DNA of 64,000 nucleotides from Spirochaetia bacterium (GCA_963668315.1 OY764216.1:480001-544000), one strand, 5' to 3'. Positions 37,701 to 47,114 are shown, counted from the stretch's first letter. Numbers and translations: made by a program. Notes: a model not told the origin generated them from the letters alone.

Positions 37701-39800
37701 TCCGTCAGAGGCGAAGACGAGCATATATATACAGTTAATGTGCGGGATTACGCGGGCAATGTCAGTACCGATTCCATAACCATAGAATACGATAATTCGG
37801 CGCCCGTCTTCAGTTTCGACATTAACGATGATGACGATGAGACAAATCTGAATGGGGTCACGCTAAACATCTCCACAGTTGAAACGGATATATCAGGATA
37901 CAAAGCATGGGAAGGCGATATAGAAAGTGACGAACCGGCAAGTTATACGGATTATACAACGCCGTCTATCGCGTACTCCCTCGGTTCATACTCAAATGGT
38001 TCTGCATCCCAGGTATACCTGAAACTCCAGGATAACGCGGGTAATGAGACTGTGACCAGATCGGATACGATCATATTCGACAATGCCATAACGACTCCTA
38101 CGATCTCCATAAATCAGGGGTCGATAACGGCGCAGAGCCTTATTGATCTTACCCTGACCGCCGACAGCGACGTCAGTTTGATGAAGCTCTGGCACGGAGA
38201 TATTTCCGATGACGAACCGACCTCCTATTCCACATTTGAAGCATCCTATTCCGATTACGAACTGACCGACGCCGTCAGCGGAAGCGACTATACCCTTTAC
38301 CTCAAAGTTCAGGATGACGCGGGCAATATTTCCGGAACGGCTCAGGCGACCATAACCTATAATGCCGATTCGCCAGAAGTCAGCCTCTCCATAGCCGATA
38401 CACTCGGAGCTGATTCGGTCACACTGGATCTGACCATCTCGACAACAGCTCCCAGCGGCACGACTGTTGACGGGATGAAAATATGGTATACTCCCGGGGA
38501 ATCCGAACCATCTACCTGGGATACACCGATTTCCTCCGATTCTATAACTCTGTCAACGGAAGACGTCTATACGATAAACGTTAAGGTAAAAAATGATCTG
38601 GGAACCGAATCGGGAACGGTTTCCCAGGAGTACATTTATGATGTGACAGAGCCTGATGTAGCAGATGCAACCCTGAAGGTCAACGACAGCAGCAGCGAGC
38701 TATACATAAACAACAACGCGGTCATACTCAATTTTTCCGGTTTGGATGAAAATATCGGAGTATACCAGATGAAGATATGGTCAGGAACCGAAGAACCCGC
38801 AGTTTATGAATCATTCATGGCTACGACGAGCCGCACGCTGAGCAGCGGAGAGGGAAACTATATCATTAAAGCCCGTTTCCGCGATGAAGCCGGAAACGAA
38901 TCTGAAGTACTTTCCTCCGCGACGGTACACCTCGATACCACCGATCCATCGGTCGGAATTACCACCGATGTTGAATCACCAACAAATGCCGATTCGGTAA
39001 CCCTGACGTTCAATGCAACCGATGCGTCTCCCCTGCAGATAAAGTATTGGGCCGATGACGACACGGAACCAGATTTTTCCGACTATGTGCCCAGCTGGAC
39101 CGACGATCTGACAGCCCGGGGAGAAGGACAGCACACCTATCATGTAACACTTAGGGACAGCGCGGGAAATGAAAAAGCGGCCATATATAACCTGACCTAT
39201 GACATTACGAAACCCACGGTTACCCTTTCTTTAACCAGCGACGCTGTTACAAACAGTAGAACCATCACATTCACATTAACTTCATCAGACGCCGTAAGTT
39301 ATGCGGTCTGGTATGATTCAGACACCAGACCCGTGAATACGACAATCAACGAGACCTTTACAACTGGAGGCTCATACTCGCTTGAACTACCCGATTCTGA
39401 TGGATTACATTATATATATGCTTCAGTATGGGATGCCGCAGGGAATGAAAGTGATCCGGTTAGCATAGATGTAACATTGGACAGAGATGATCCTATTTTA
39501 TCAATATATAAGGTAGCAGACACATATAACGGATCATCAACAACCAGTACAGATGATGGAACCGTTTTTGTATCATTCTTAATGAATGATGTCAGTGAAA
39601 TGAAAATATGGTATCAGCTTAGTGGTGTTGACGTCGTTATACCGGATGATGATGATGAAGAATTTGGATACCAGCCATATACTTCAACGTATACCATAAC
39701 TTTCAAAACTCCAGGTAGCTATATTATCTATGCTATTGGTAAAGATGCCGCTGGCAATGAAATGGATGATTATATTGCATCAGCCACAATAACCTACTAA
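34743..39800 (+). CDS. Large acidic Ser/Thr-rich Ig-like repeat surface lipoprotein (1685 aa)
   Basis: Lipobox LSGC; about 17 modules of roughly 95 aa with KIW...DxAGNxS...YD motifs. Confidence 0.88.
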   Translation: MKKFFSSLILKTLAMTMILSLVLSGCSGSLFLPIVEEYDEANAPEKPVLPTTVTLSVDESVYYIDPETDRIYTNSDDLNFTITAASEESGWSEYKIWEGDSESSDDDYTAFSLDSSLSASISYILSDTAEGKHTVSVRLRNADEDVSDTASAVIWMDTTAPSYTLKIDDSDVNQSTSSLTHELSFDGNISDYNKMKIWKSDEDEPGDSAYEDFSDPVDITIAGSEGATYQYYSRVMDKAGNVSSLIVSPILTYTLKSPTFTFTIDSTTTSAATTQDSTINIYTTITNLPSASETVYIAIWDDTETEPGEGYTIKSGDSFTHTLPSANGDYTVNVRIRLGLENYSSPMSKDIRFDDTPPEITAFEINESTTPADTKNNLLDIALTASDNLPENSGLKAKVWYEGQAEIMDYTSLSNLTTFTLPDAEDTYTMWAQVMDECGNESLTPFSREITYDTTAPSITTFTCNDGTLTRNRSISFQLAGDSDIAGYRIWDSSVIEPTTYTDWTNGDGDISYTLPDTVGDHTVSIRVKDEAGNASVASWTITYDSDKPSLSFLINSGDAETNTAGVTLTVTTSSDVTGIKIWEGDIDSDEPSSYTAYSTSSIAHTLVNYANGSTSTIYMRVQDEAGNESDVATATIIYDISISPPGLVVDQGTVTATDTIDLTLTADSDVHEMKLWQGTLADIPGSYSEFSGAITDYQIINAISGNDYNLFLRVRDDAGNESTITQVTVTYNSNTPEVILTINGGDYASDSPTLNLTIASTAPEGTTVDEMKIWISPDETESSVTWIPYSTAAERTVSTEGTYEVNIIVRNDADTESGTVTKTYIYDTQAPDITSATLTVNSSTDTVYTNQTGVSLGISGVEDNIDVHAMKIWSGSSEPADTDYILYAASTTATLTDSDATYTVKIRFRDEAGNVSDILESSSVIYDNTPPELNLTANVTSPTNSDTVTLTFGATDASPMEVQYRADSDSFPDYIDFTNSWTDNLSVRGEDEHIYTVNVRDYAGNVSTDSITIEYDNSAPVFSFDINDDDDETNLNGVTLNISTVETDISGYKAWEGDIESDEPASYTDYTTPSIAYSLGSYSNGSASQVYLKLQDNAGNETVTRSDTIIFDNAITTPTISINQGSITAQSLIDLTLTADSDVSLMKLWHGDISDDEPTSYSTFEASYSDYELTDAVSGSDYTLYLKVQDDAGNISGTAQATITYNADSPEVSLSIADTLGADSVTLDLTISTTAPSGTTVDGMKIWYTPGESEPSTWDTPISSDSITLSTEDVYTINVKVKNDLGTESGTVSQEYIYDVTEPDVADATLKVNDSSSELYINNNAVILNFSGLDENIGVYQMKIWSGTEEPAVYESFMATTSRTLSSGEGNYIIKARFRDEAGNESEVLSSATVHLDTTDPSVGITTDVESPTNADSVTLTFNATDASPLQIKYWADDDTEPDFSDYVPSWTDDLTARGEGQHTYHVTLRDSAGNEKAAIYNLTYDITKPTVTLSLTSDAVTNSRTITFTLTSSDAVSYAVWYDSDTRPVNTTINETFTTGGSYSLELPDSDGLHYIYASVWDAAGNESDPVSIDVTLDRDDPILSIYKVADTYNGSSTTSTDDGTVFVSFLMNDVSEMKIWYQLSGVDVVIPDDDDEEFGYQPYTSTYTITFKTPGSYIIYAIGKDAAGNEMDDYIASATITY
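36372..39197 (+). repeat. Internal tandem duplication of a five-Ig-module block (36372-37787 and 37788-39197)
   Basis: Colinear motifs WEGDI.SDEP, IDLTLTADSDV..MKLW, TAP.GTTVD.MKIW, RFRDEAGN, SPTN.D.VTLTF.ATDASP recur about 472 aa apart. Confidence 0.85.
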
Positions 39801-41317
39801 CGTCCCCGAAACTCCCACACGTACCCCTGCCCGAACAATGTCGGGTGGGGCTGCAGGGTGACTTGGTAGTTGACTCCCGGCTCCATGGGGGAGGTTTCCA
39901 CCTCCAGGTAGTACTCCGTTTTTCCCTCTTCGGACAGGATCAGATCGCTGTCCACGGACAGGATATTCAGGGGGGGATAAAAGGAGATATAGCGGGAGAC
40001 ATAGGACAAATCCCCGAAGGGCAGGTTATTGGAGAACAGAAGCAGGCGGTTTTCTCCCAGTTCGATTTCCGGCTCATCCTGCTCGCCAAAGGAGAAGAAA
40101 AGGCCGTCATTCAAGTCGGCAAATCCCCGATCTTTGCCTACGGGGCCGATTCGGAGTGTCTGGATATCGCTGACGGGAAGCTCAAGTCTCTCGGTATAGT
40201 TTGCCCGCAGACCGGAAAAGGAGTACACCCTCCCCGTCCCGGTGGAACGGTCTGTTTCATTAAAAACCAAAGGCAGCTCGAGGTTCCGGATCTGCCGGTA
40301 GGTCTCGATGCTTACCCGGTCGGCCCGGTAGTCCACGGCCAGCAGAAAGAGGGGAATGGCATTGCCGGCCAGGTCAAATCCGCTGACAAGAAATCCCCGT
40401 TCCTCGCCGGTTATCCTCAGGGTGCCGTTGTCATGGGGGTACGCCCGGCGGAGTCCGCGCCCTTTTACCAGAGTCATGATCAGTTCATTGCCGAATTCCA
40501 GGTCGACCTGAATCAGGGATAACGACTCGCTGGAGTAGCTTCTTTCAGAACGGCCGCTGAACTCAAGCCGTCCCTCCTCCATCGCTCCGTAAAATCCGGA
40601 CAGGTTTTCTCCGGGTCTTCTGTCATAGGAAACCAGCCCTGAGATCCATTCCAGGCGGCCGGTGAGGTCCTCAAACCGGACAGTCCAGGGTAAGGTTTGT
40701 CCCTGCTGTCCTTCTACCAGGCTAAATCGGACAAGAGGCCTTTCCTCTCCTGAATTATAATCCACGGCGGTAAGGAAAGTCTCCTCCGTACGTTTATCCC
40801 GTGTCTCTTTCAGATAGGCTTTGGAAGGATCGGCGTACCAGGGTCCCCTGGTCTCTTCGATGTCGCTGTTTTCGATAAACTGCCCGTAGGCTTTAAGATC
40901 CTTCTCCCAATGGGAAATCCAGTCCATATAGGTGGGCGCCGAAAAGTACCCCAGCCTGATCCGGTTATGGTTTACCTGCAGAGTTCCCGACCGGGGGATT
41001 CCGGAAAACATCTCCCGGATTATCGGTTCCAGCGGTGTTCCGCTGCGCTCCTCGGAAAAATCCAGGATCAGGTAATTGGAGGAGACATCGGGATCGTAAT
41101 CAAACCGGGCGGACCAGCGGGCCCCGGGGATATGCCTTTTCAGAAAATCCACCGTGTCCACAGCCACAGTCCCCTTTGTGACGACGATCACCTCTTCTCC
41201 CTGAAATGTTTTAAGCCATTCCGTTCCGCTTTCCGCGGGGGCGGCAACCTGAATATCGGTGGAACAGGTGACATAAAGAAGAGAGAGCAGTAACAAAGGA
41301 ACAATTTTCTGAAGCAT
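39797..41317 (-). CDS. Hypothetical protein, probable lipoprotein
   Basis: 506 aa; hydrophobic N-terminus ending YVTC; stop overlaps the Ig-protein stop convergently. Confidence 0.7.
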   Translation of the reverse strand: MLQKIVPLLLLSLLYVTCSTDIQVAAPAESGTEWLKTFQGEEVIVVTKGTVAVDTVDFLKRHIPGARWSARFDYDPDVSSNYLILDFSEERSGTPLEPIIREMFSGIPRSGTLQVNHNRIRLGYFSAPTYMDWISHWEKDLKAYGQFIENSDIEETRGPWYADPSKAYLKETRDKRTEETFLTAVDYNSGEERPLVRFSLVEGQQGQTLPWTVRFEDLTGRLEWISGLVSYDRRPGENLSGFYGAMEEGRLEFSGRSERSYSSESLSLIQVDLEFGNELIMTLVKGRGLRRAYPHDNGTLRITGEERGFLVSGFDLAGNAIPLFLLAVDYRADRVSIETYRQIRNLELPLVFNETDRSTGTGRVYSFSGLRANYTERLELPVSDIQTLRIGPVGKDRGFADLNDGLFFSFGEQDEPEIELGENRLLLFSNNLPFGDLSYVSRYISFYPPLNILSVDSDLILSEEGKTEYYLEVETSPMEPGVNYQVTLQPHPTLFGQGYVWEFRGR

Positions 41318-41360
41318 GCCCCTATTCTAAAATAAGATCCCTTAAATGGGAAACGCTTTT

Positions 41361-42461
41361 TTAGTGTCTTTTTTGTATAATTGACGGGAAGCGCTTTTTA
41401 CTTTCCGCCTTCTCCGGCATGGCCATGATTCGGGCGGCGATGGAAAGGGAATCGGACTGTTCCAGCACCAGCTTGACCATAACATCCAGCGGAACGGACA
41501 GCAGCATTCCCGGAATCCCCCAGATGTATCCCCAGAAAACCAGTCCGAAGATAACCGTAATGGAATTGAGCCTCATCTTGTCTCCCATGACCATGGGGTC
41601 GATAACGTTGCCGATGATAAACTGATTAAGCAGCAGAACGGCTGCCAGCGCGATGAACCTTCCGGCGCTGTCGAACTGAACGAAGGCCATGAGCAGGGGA
41701 AGCAGAGTGGAGAGGATGGAGCCGATGGAGGGAATGAAATTAAACAGAAAGGCGATGAATCCCCAGAAAAGGGCGTAACGCAGACCGAAAAGCAGACAGA
41801 TAACAAAGGCCAGGACCCCGGTGATCAGGCTTATCACGGTTTTGATGCCGATGTAGGAGGAGATGGAGTTCTGAAGGGTTTCCGTATGGGCCTGGAGCTT
41901 ATGATTATCGGCGACAACGTAGCGGACGAAGTTTTTGTATTCCGACAGGCCGCTCAGCAGGAAAAGAAAGTAGAGAAAGAAGAGAAGGAAATCCTTCCCG
42001 AAATCTCCCAGGCCCAGGGCCAGGCTTCTGGCGGCCCTCGACCATTGCAGTCCGCCTATCCACTCCCAGAACCAGCTTGTCAGACCATCGGCTCCCGCTT
42101 CCAGTTTCAGACCGAATGTTTCCACCGTCCAGCGGGAGAGAAGATCGATTTTGTGGGTGAACATGACCGACAGCTGATCCAGATCGGAAAGAATGCTGGT
42201 GAAGGTATTGATGAATATGTTGATGATAAGAATCAGCATGAAGCAGACGAGCAGAGCGACCACGGGCAGAATGAGAGCCTTAGGCAGATGAAAATCGCGC
42301 AGTTTCTGTACCAGGGGAATGCAGAGCAGGGCAAGGAGTCCCGCCAGGACAAGGGGCAGAAGCAATCCGGCCAGGGTCTTGAGAAGCACCATAAGAAGCA
42401 CTCCCAGAGCAATGATTAATATATTGCGGATGGAACGGATTAAACGTATTGATTCGGTCAT
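41361..42461 (-). CDS. AI-2E family transporter
   Basis: FNFIPSIGS, GNVIDPMVMG, FWGYIWGIPGMLLSVP; start placed at ATG 42461 after GGGATAGGGAG. Confidence 0.9.
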   Translation of the reverse strand: MTESIRLIRSIRNILIIALGVLLMVLLKTLAGLLLPLVLAGLLALLCIPLVQKLRDFHLPKALILPVVALLVCFMLILIINIFINTFTSILSDLDQLSVMFTHKIDLLSRWTVETFGLKLEAGADGLTSWFWEWIGGLQWSRAARSLALGLGDFGKDFLLFFLYFLFLLSGLSEYKNFVRYVVADNHKLQAHTETLQNSISSYIGIKTVISLITGVLAFVICLLFGLRYALFWGFIAFLFNFIPSIGSILSTLLPLLMAFVQFDSAGRFIALAAVLLLNQFIIGNVIDPMVMGDKMRLNSITVIFGLVFWGYIWGIPGMLLSVPLDVMVKLVLEQSDSLSIAARIMAMPEKAESKKRFPSIIQKRH

Positions 42462-42548
42462 TTGATTCTCCCTATCCCCAGTATCGGAGAAAGGAAGGGA
42501 CCGGTTTAATCTTGACGGCAAAAAGGAGGAGGGAAGCCTGATGCGGCC

Positions 42549-43526
42549 TCAGGGAACTGTGACGATCACCTTTCCCCTATGGTTTCCCTCGCTGTAATGG
42601 CGAAAGGCGTCAATAATCTTTTCAAAAGGATAGGGTCCATCCATTACGACGCGCAGACTGCCCTGGTGGTAGAGTTCCTTCAGATACCCCAGGTTGCGGT
42701 TCGCCTTGAGGAGGACGACATTGAATTTCCTCCCCGTCAGAAATCGGATGATCCCCCGGAAGGCGAGAATGGTCATAAGTTTTTTGGAACTGCCTCCTAC
42801 GCTGATATAAGAGCCGCCCCGCTTGAGAAGATGGGTATAGCGGTAAAAAGCGTGGAATGTCTTCGTATCCACGATAAGGTCATACTTTCTCTCTTCCCCG
42901 AGGAATTCCCCTTTTTCATAGTCCAGTACTTTATCAAATCCCAGGTCGCTCATCATTTTCAGCTTATCCGAACGGTCTACCCCGGCGACATAGGATGCGC
43001 CCAGGGTTTTGGCTATCTGAAGCCCCAGGGTGCCCACGCCCCCTCCCGCTCCGTTTATCAGAACGGATTGACCGGGTTTGAGATTCCCCAGCTCGATCAG
43101 GGCCTGAAGCGCCAGCATGCCGGCCTGGGGCAGGGCAGCCGCCTCTTCGAAAGAGATATCCTCTCCCATGGGCGTGACTTCATTCTCTGAAGCACAGACA
43201 AATTCGGCGCAGCCGCCCCAGGATTCAGAGCCGCTCAAATCGCCGAAAACCAGATCTCCCTTTCTGTAACGGGTAACTCGTCTTCCCGTGTCCTCGACGA
43301 TTCCCGCTATATCCGAACCGGGGATAAATTTTCTGGGCTTGAACAGATTCCCCGCCATAGTCCTGTTCACATAGGGCTTGCCCCGGACCAGAGCCATATC
43401 CCAGTCATTCAGAGAAAAAGCCTTGATTCTTATTAGGACCTGATCCTCCCTGGGTATCGGCTTGGGGATGTCAATAATCTGCAGGACCTCCGGTCCACCA
43501 TAGCGTAAATAAGAAAGAGCCTTCAC
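42549..43526 (-). CDS. MDR-family NAD(P)-dependent oxidoreductase (quinone reductase-like)
   Basis: YGGPEVL, PGSDIAG, INGAGGGVGT, GKVIV. Confidence 0.88.
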   Translation of the reverse strand: MKALSYLRYGGPEVLQIIDIPKPIPREDQVLIRIKAFSLNDWDMALVRGKPYVNRTMAGNLFKPRKFIPGSDIAGIVEDTGRRVTRYRKGDLVFGDLSGSESWGGCAEFVCASENEVTPMGEDISFEEAAALPQAGMLALQALIELGNLKPGQSVLINGAGGGVGTLGLQIAKTLGASYVAGVDRSDKLKMMSDLGFDKVLDYEKGEFLGEERKYDLIVDTKTFHAFYRYTHLLKRGGSYISVGGSSKKLMTILAFRGIIRFLTGRKFNVVLLKANRNLGYLKELYHQGSLRVVMDGPYPFEKIIDAFRHYSEGNHRGKVIVTVP

Positions 43527-43629
43527 CTATGGACCTCCACTCACTAAGTTAGTGCAAGGTGGGGGGAATTTCCATGGGAAAAGGCTTTTTTAGAAAAAAC
43601 CGGCTATCCCGGGCTTTCGGTTCCGGCCT

Positions 43630-44298
43630 TCATGCTTTTCCGCCCTCCAGCCAGAAGTCCAGCACCTTTTCTACCGCCCTGGGGAGGGCCGTATCGGAAG
43701 GATTAAGGACGAGTGTGGGTAATACCGTCTCTTCCGCCAGAGCGATGAGTCTTTCCTGCTCATACAGAAAGTGATTCAAAATCTCCCGGCGGGTTGAACC
43801 GAACCGTTTTATATAGCTGTTCCAGTGCTCATCCCGGAGTTCGAAGAGCCGTTCATCCAGCTGTTCCTCCGTTGCCGTCAAAAGACAAATTTTTCCGTTG
43901 ACCAAAGAGAGCCGGGCGTCGAAATCCTTCACGTCGCTCCACGAAAGAAAGTCGTAATGAAGGACATGGGTCAAATGAAAACGTTCAAAAAGCCAGGGAA
44001 TGCGGTGTATCGTGCTGTTCCTGCGGCACCACTCCATCTGCTCCAGCTTTCCATTGAGTCCCTCCAGATAGGAGAGGTGGCCGTCGAGCAGATCCAGACT
44101 GTCCTTCTTAACCAATGTTCCTTCCCTGGTTTTCTTCTCCAGAATTCTCTGAGTCTGATGTTCGGACAGGATCAGCGATGAGGGACAGGAGCGGCCCGTA
44201 TATCGTTCCGATCTCAAAAGGGCATCCATCAGAAAGGATTTTCCCGTTCCGCTGATGCCTTCCAGAATCAGCCCGAATACATTATCAGCCTCAGACAT
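43630..44298 (-). CDS. P-loop nucleotide/nucleoside kinase-like protein
   Basis: N-terminal LILEGISGTGKS Walker A; LFERFHLTH. Confidence 0.7.
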   Translation of the reverse strand: MSEADNVFGLILEGISGTGKSFLMDALLRSERYTGRSCPSSLILSEHQTQRILEKKTREGTLVKKDSLDLLDGHLSYLEGLNGKLEQMEWCRRNSTIHRIPWLFERFHLTHVLHYDFLSWSDVKDFDARLSLVNGKICLLTATEEQLDERLFELRDEHWNSYIKRFGSTRREILNHFLYEQERLIALAEETVLPTLVLNPSDTALPRAVEKVLDFWLEGGKA

Positions 44299-45253
44299 GG
44301 GGTTTTTCTCCTTTCTTACTTTTCATCCGGTCTTCATCGTAGATCACTTCGAAGACTTCAAAGATAACGGGGATATCCTCGGAAAACCGTTTTCCCGCCT
44401 CTTCGTACTCTCTGGCAAAGAAGTACCGATGGCCCTCCTGCCAGTATTCCAGGGAACCGTCCCCCTCCCCTTCTATGGCGGCTTCCTCTGCGTCGATATC
44501 CGAGAAGGGTTTCTCCCGAATCTCTTTTGTCTCAATGATGCAGGCGGGCATTCCGTTACCGTAGGTGATGAGGGAAAGCTCCCCCGCTACGGGTAATGCT
44601 TCTCCCTCTTCATAGAGCTCGCGGGCGGAGGCGGTTCCTCTTTTCCTGCCGATTTTCACAAGTCCCGCCAGATCATTGGCCATGCGGTCACCGAGCCCGA
44701 AGGACCATACGGAGTAGGACCGGCCTTCATATTCCCTGTTGCGCCGGAGAAAACGGGACCAGTACTCCTTCTGGGCCGCCTCTTTTTCCTCTTTCCCGGG
44801 AAGAGAGTACTCCAGGATAATCTGATCCACACAGCGGATCCCGTTCTCATAGAGGGGTTCGGCATAATTCTCCAGGAAATGATTCTGTTTTACCGAGGAT
44901 AGACGAAAACCGCATCTCTGGTACAGGGCCAGGGGACCGAGACTGCTGTTCCCTGTTTTAACAATCACCCGGCGGCACGACTTTTCCCGGGCCGCGGCCA
45001 GGGCAGTCTCTATAAGGTCCGTGCCGGTTCTTCTGTTACGCCAGTCCCTGTCCACCGAGACCGTCACGATCTCCGCGGTATTCTCCTCTCCGTCAAAGAG
45101 CACTCCTATCTGTCCGATGATGCGATCCTCCCCATAGGCGGCCCAGAACCGGGCTCTTTCGCGGTATGTCTCGATCATCTGCTCATCCTCATCGGCCAGC
45201 AGAAGAAGGGAAAGGGGAATCTCCCGGGGGAGAACATGTTTAATGACTGCCAT
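44291..45253 (-). CDS. GNAT acetyltransferase-ASCH domain fusion
   Basis: N-terminal LLLLADED, VSV...RNRRTG, KTGNSS..PLALYQRCGF; C-terminal WSFG, GRKRGTAS, EGEGDGSLEYWQEGH, VIFEVF. Confidence 0.85.
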   Translation of the reverse strand: MAVIKHVLPREIPLSLLLLADEDEQMIETYRERARFWAAYGEDRIIGQIGVLFDGEENTAEIVTVSVDRDWRNRRTGTDLIETALAAAREKSCRRVIVKTGNSSLGPLALYQRCGFRLSSVKQNHFLENYAEPLYENGIRCVDQIILEYSLPGKEEKEAAQKEYWSRFLRRNREYEGRSYSVWSFGLGDRMANDLAGLVKIGRKRGTASARELYEEGEALPVAGELSLITYGNGMPACIIETKEIREKPFSDIDAEEAAIEGEGDGSLEYWQEGHRYFFAREYEEAGKRFSEDIPVIFEVFEVIYDEDRMKSKKGEKPHV

Positions 45254-45261
45254 AGCGTTCC

Positions 45262-46944
45262 TTACAGCCGGGCCTCTTCCAGACCGCAGAAGGGATCCAC
45301 CGGATTCTGCCCGCGGAAAGCCTTCCGGCCCGTAATCAGCCTAATCAGCTCTTTCTGAATTTCATCCACCGGAGAGTAGGCGTTTATGTAGGTTTTTACA
45401 AGGGGGGCATCGAACAGATGGTAGGGATTGCTCAGGGAGATCATCATCGTGGGAACCGTATCCCAGGTACGGAACATGCTCCTCATGGTCCCCTTGTGCA
45501 GGGAGGGCCAGTCGGCGAAATAGGTCCCCTTTCCGAAATATTTGCTGCTGTTAAGGAGGTAGATAACCAGATCAAATGACTCCCGGCCGGGCATGATATC
45601 CTCCGTCATGAGGGTCACGTCGAAACCGGCCTCTTCCAGATACCGGGCGAAGGGCAGTTCCCGGGGAGGGCCGAAAATCGCGACCGGCTCGCTCTGGATC
45701 AGCAGGACGCGCTTATGGGTTTCCGGACTCACCGGCAGCAGGTTCTGCGTATCCTTGACCAGGGTCACGGACGATTCAAAGCACTCATCCCGCCAGGAAG
45801 CATGCTCGGCACAGCCCAGGACCGCTTCGGCCTTCTCCTGCGGAGGGATGGCTTTTTTCCGGTGAAGCCCCAGGGAAGCCTTGAGGGCCAGGATGCGGAG
45901 GACCGCCTCCTCCACCCGTTCCGCGGGGATGGTCCCGTCTTTGACGGCTTTCACCAGAAGGGCGTAATCCACATCGTCATCTACGGAAAAAAGGAAGATA
46001 TCACAGCCCCCGTTGATGACCTGGGGAACGATTTTCTCCCGGGGCCCGCGGGAGGAGATTCCCGCCATGCCGGTGGCGTCCGAAATGATAACCCCGTTGA
46101 ACCCCAGCTTCTCCCGCAGAAGTTTTCTGTTCAGCGAACCGGACAGGGAGGCGGGCAGGATATCCGCGGCGCCGGCTTCGGGATTCAGCTCTCTGTCCCA
46201 GGCGGCCAGGGTAATATGGGCGCTCATAACGGTTTTCACGCCCTCCTCAATCATGGTGCGGTAGATCTTTCCATAGGTGGCAAACCACCTTTCCATATCC
46301 ATGCTGTTATGGGTCGTGACCAGATGCTGATCCCGCTCGTCCATCCCGTCGCCGGGCCAGTGCTTGGCACAGGCGGCCATTCCCTCTTCCTGGAGGGCTT
46401 TGATGTAAAGCCGGCCCATTTCGGCGACCCTTGCCGGATCGCTCCCGAAGGAACGGGTGGCAGAGATATGGCTGCGGAAATTGTAGTTCACATCCACCAC
46501 GGGGGAGAAAGTCCAGTTGAATCCCAGGGCGCCTCCCTCCCGGGCGGCGATCCGTGCCATCCGCTCCGCATCCCTCTTCCATTCGCAGGACGCCGCCGTT
46601 CCCAGCTGGGTCTGCCAGGACGTCCCGGCCACGCCGATAGTTCCCAGCGTCCCGAATTCCAGATCACCGGTCATAAGGAGGGGTACGGAGGAGTTTTCCT
46701 GTAAATAGGAAGCCGAGTCCCGTAGATCCTTAACCGGGGTGGAGGCGAAACGCTGAACTCCGCCCGGCTTATAGGAGAGGATACGGTCCATATTCTCCCG
46801 GGAGAGCTCACCGCAGAGGGGTATGAACATCTGCCCCGCCTTCTCTTCATCGGACAGGGACTGCCACGTCTCTTTGACCCATTCCAGATCATTATCATCC
46901 AGATGGAAAGGCGCATTTTTCAAATCTTCCGGTTTCACAGGCAT
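45262..46944 (-). CDS. Glycoside hydrolase family 3 (Nag3-like)
   Basis: GDLEFG, FSPVVD, TRSFG, KHWPGDGMDERDQH, LGFNGVIISDA. Confidence 0.9.
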   Translation of the reverse strand: MPVKPEDLKNAPFHLDDNDLEWVKETWQSLSDEEKAGQMFIPLCGELSRENMDRILSYKPGGVQRFASTPVKDLRDSASYLQENSSVPLLMTGDLEFGTLGTIGVAGTSWQTQLGTAASCEWKRDAERMARIAAREGGALGFNWTFSPVVDVNYNFRSHISATRSFGSDPARVAEMGRLYIKALQEEGMAACAKHWPGDGMDERDQHLVTTHNSMDMERWFATYGKIYRTMIEEGVKTVMSAHITLAAWDRELNPEAGAADILPASLSGSLNRKLLREKLGFNGVIISDATGMAGISSRGPREKIVPQVINGGCDIFLFSVDDDVDYALLVKAVKDGTIPAERVEEAVLRILALKASLGLHRKKAIPPQEKAEAVLGCAEHASWRDECFESSVTLVKDTQNLLPVSPETHKRVLLIQSEPVAIFGPPRELPFARYLEEAGFDVTLMTEDIMPGRESFDLVIYLLNSSKYFGKGTYFADWPSLHKGTMRSMFRTWDTVPTMMISLSNPYHLFDAPLVKTYINAYSPVDEIQKELIRLITGRKAFRGQNPVDPFCGLEEARL

Positions 46945-47114
46945 CTCCCGAATCTAAAGTGATTTACATCAGGATACGCCTGTTTTTTAAATAAGTCCAA
47001 CGGGTTTTTCGGGGATTTTGAAGAAGTGAGGATCACAGGGAGAGAAGTTTCTTGCGCTTATCTTTTTCCTGAACTAAAATTATAGAAGGAACATTACTTC
47101 CCAAGGATACGTTT

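Noticed and set aside
34743..39800. CRISPR or DNA-level tandem repeat array (recurring GCGGGCAATG-like motif)
   Set aside because: The recurrences are codons of the DxAGN protein motif within one ORF, degenerate and about 280 bp apart
24883..41317. Genomic island or prophage carrying the adhesion genes
   Set aside because: No integrase, transposase, tRNA or direct repeats seen; housekeeping-type genes are interspersed
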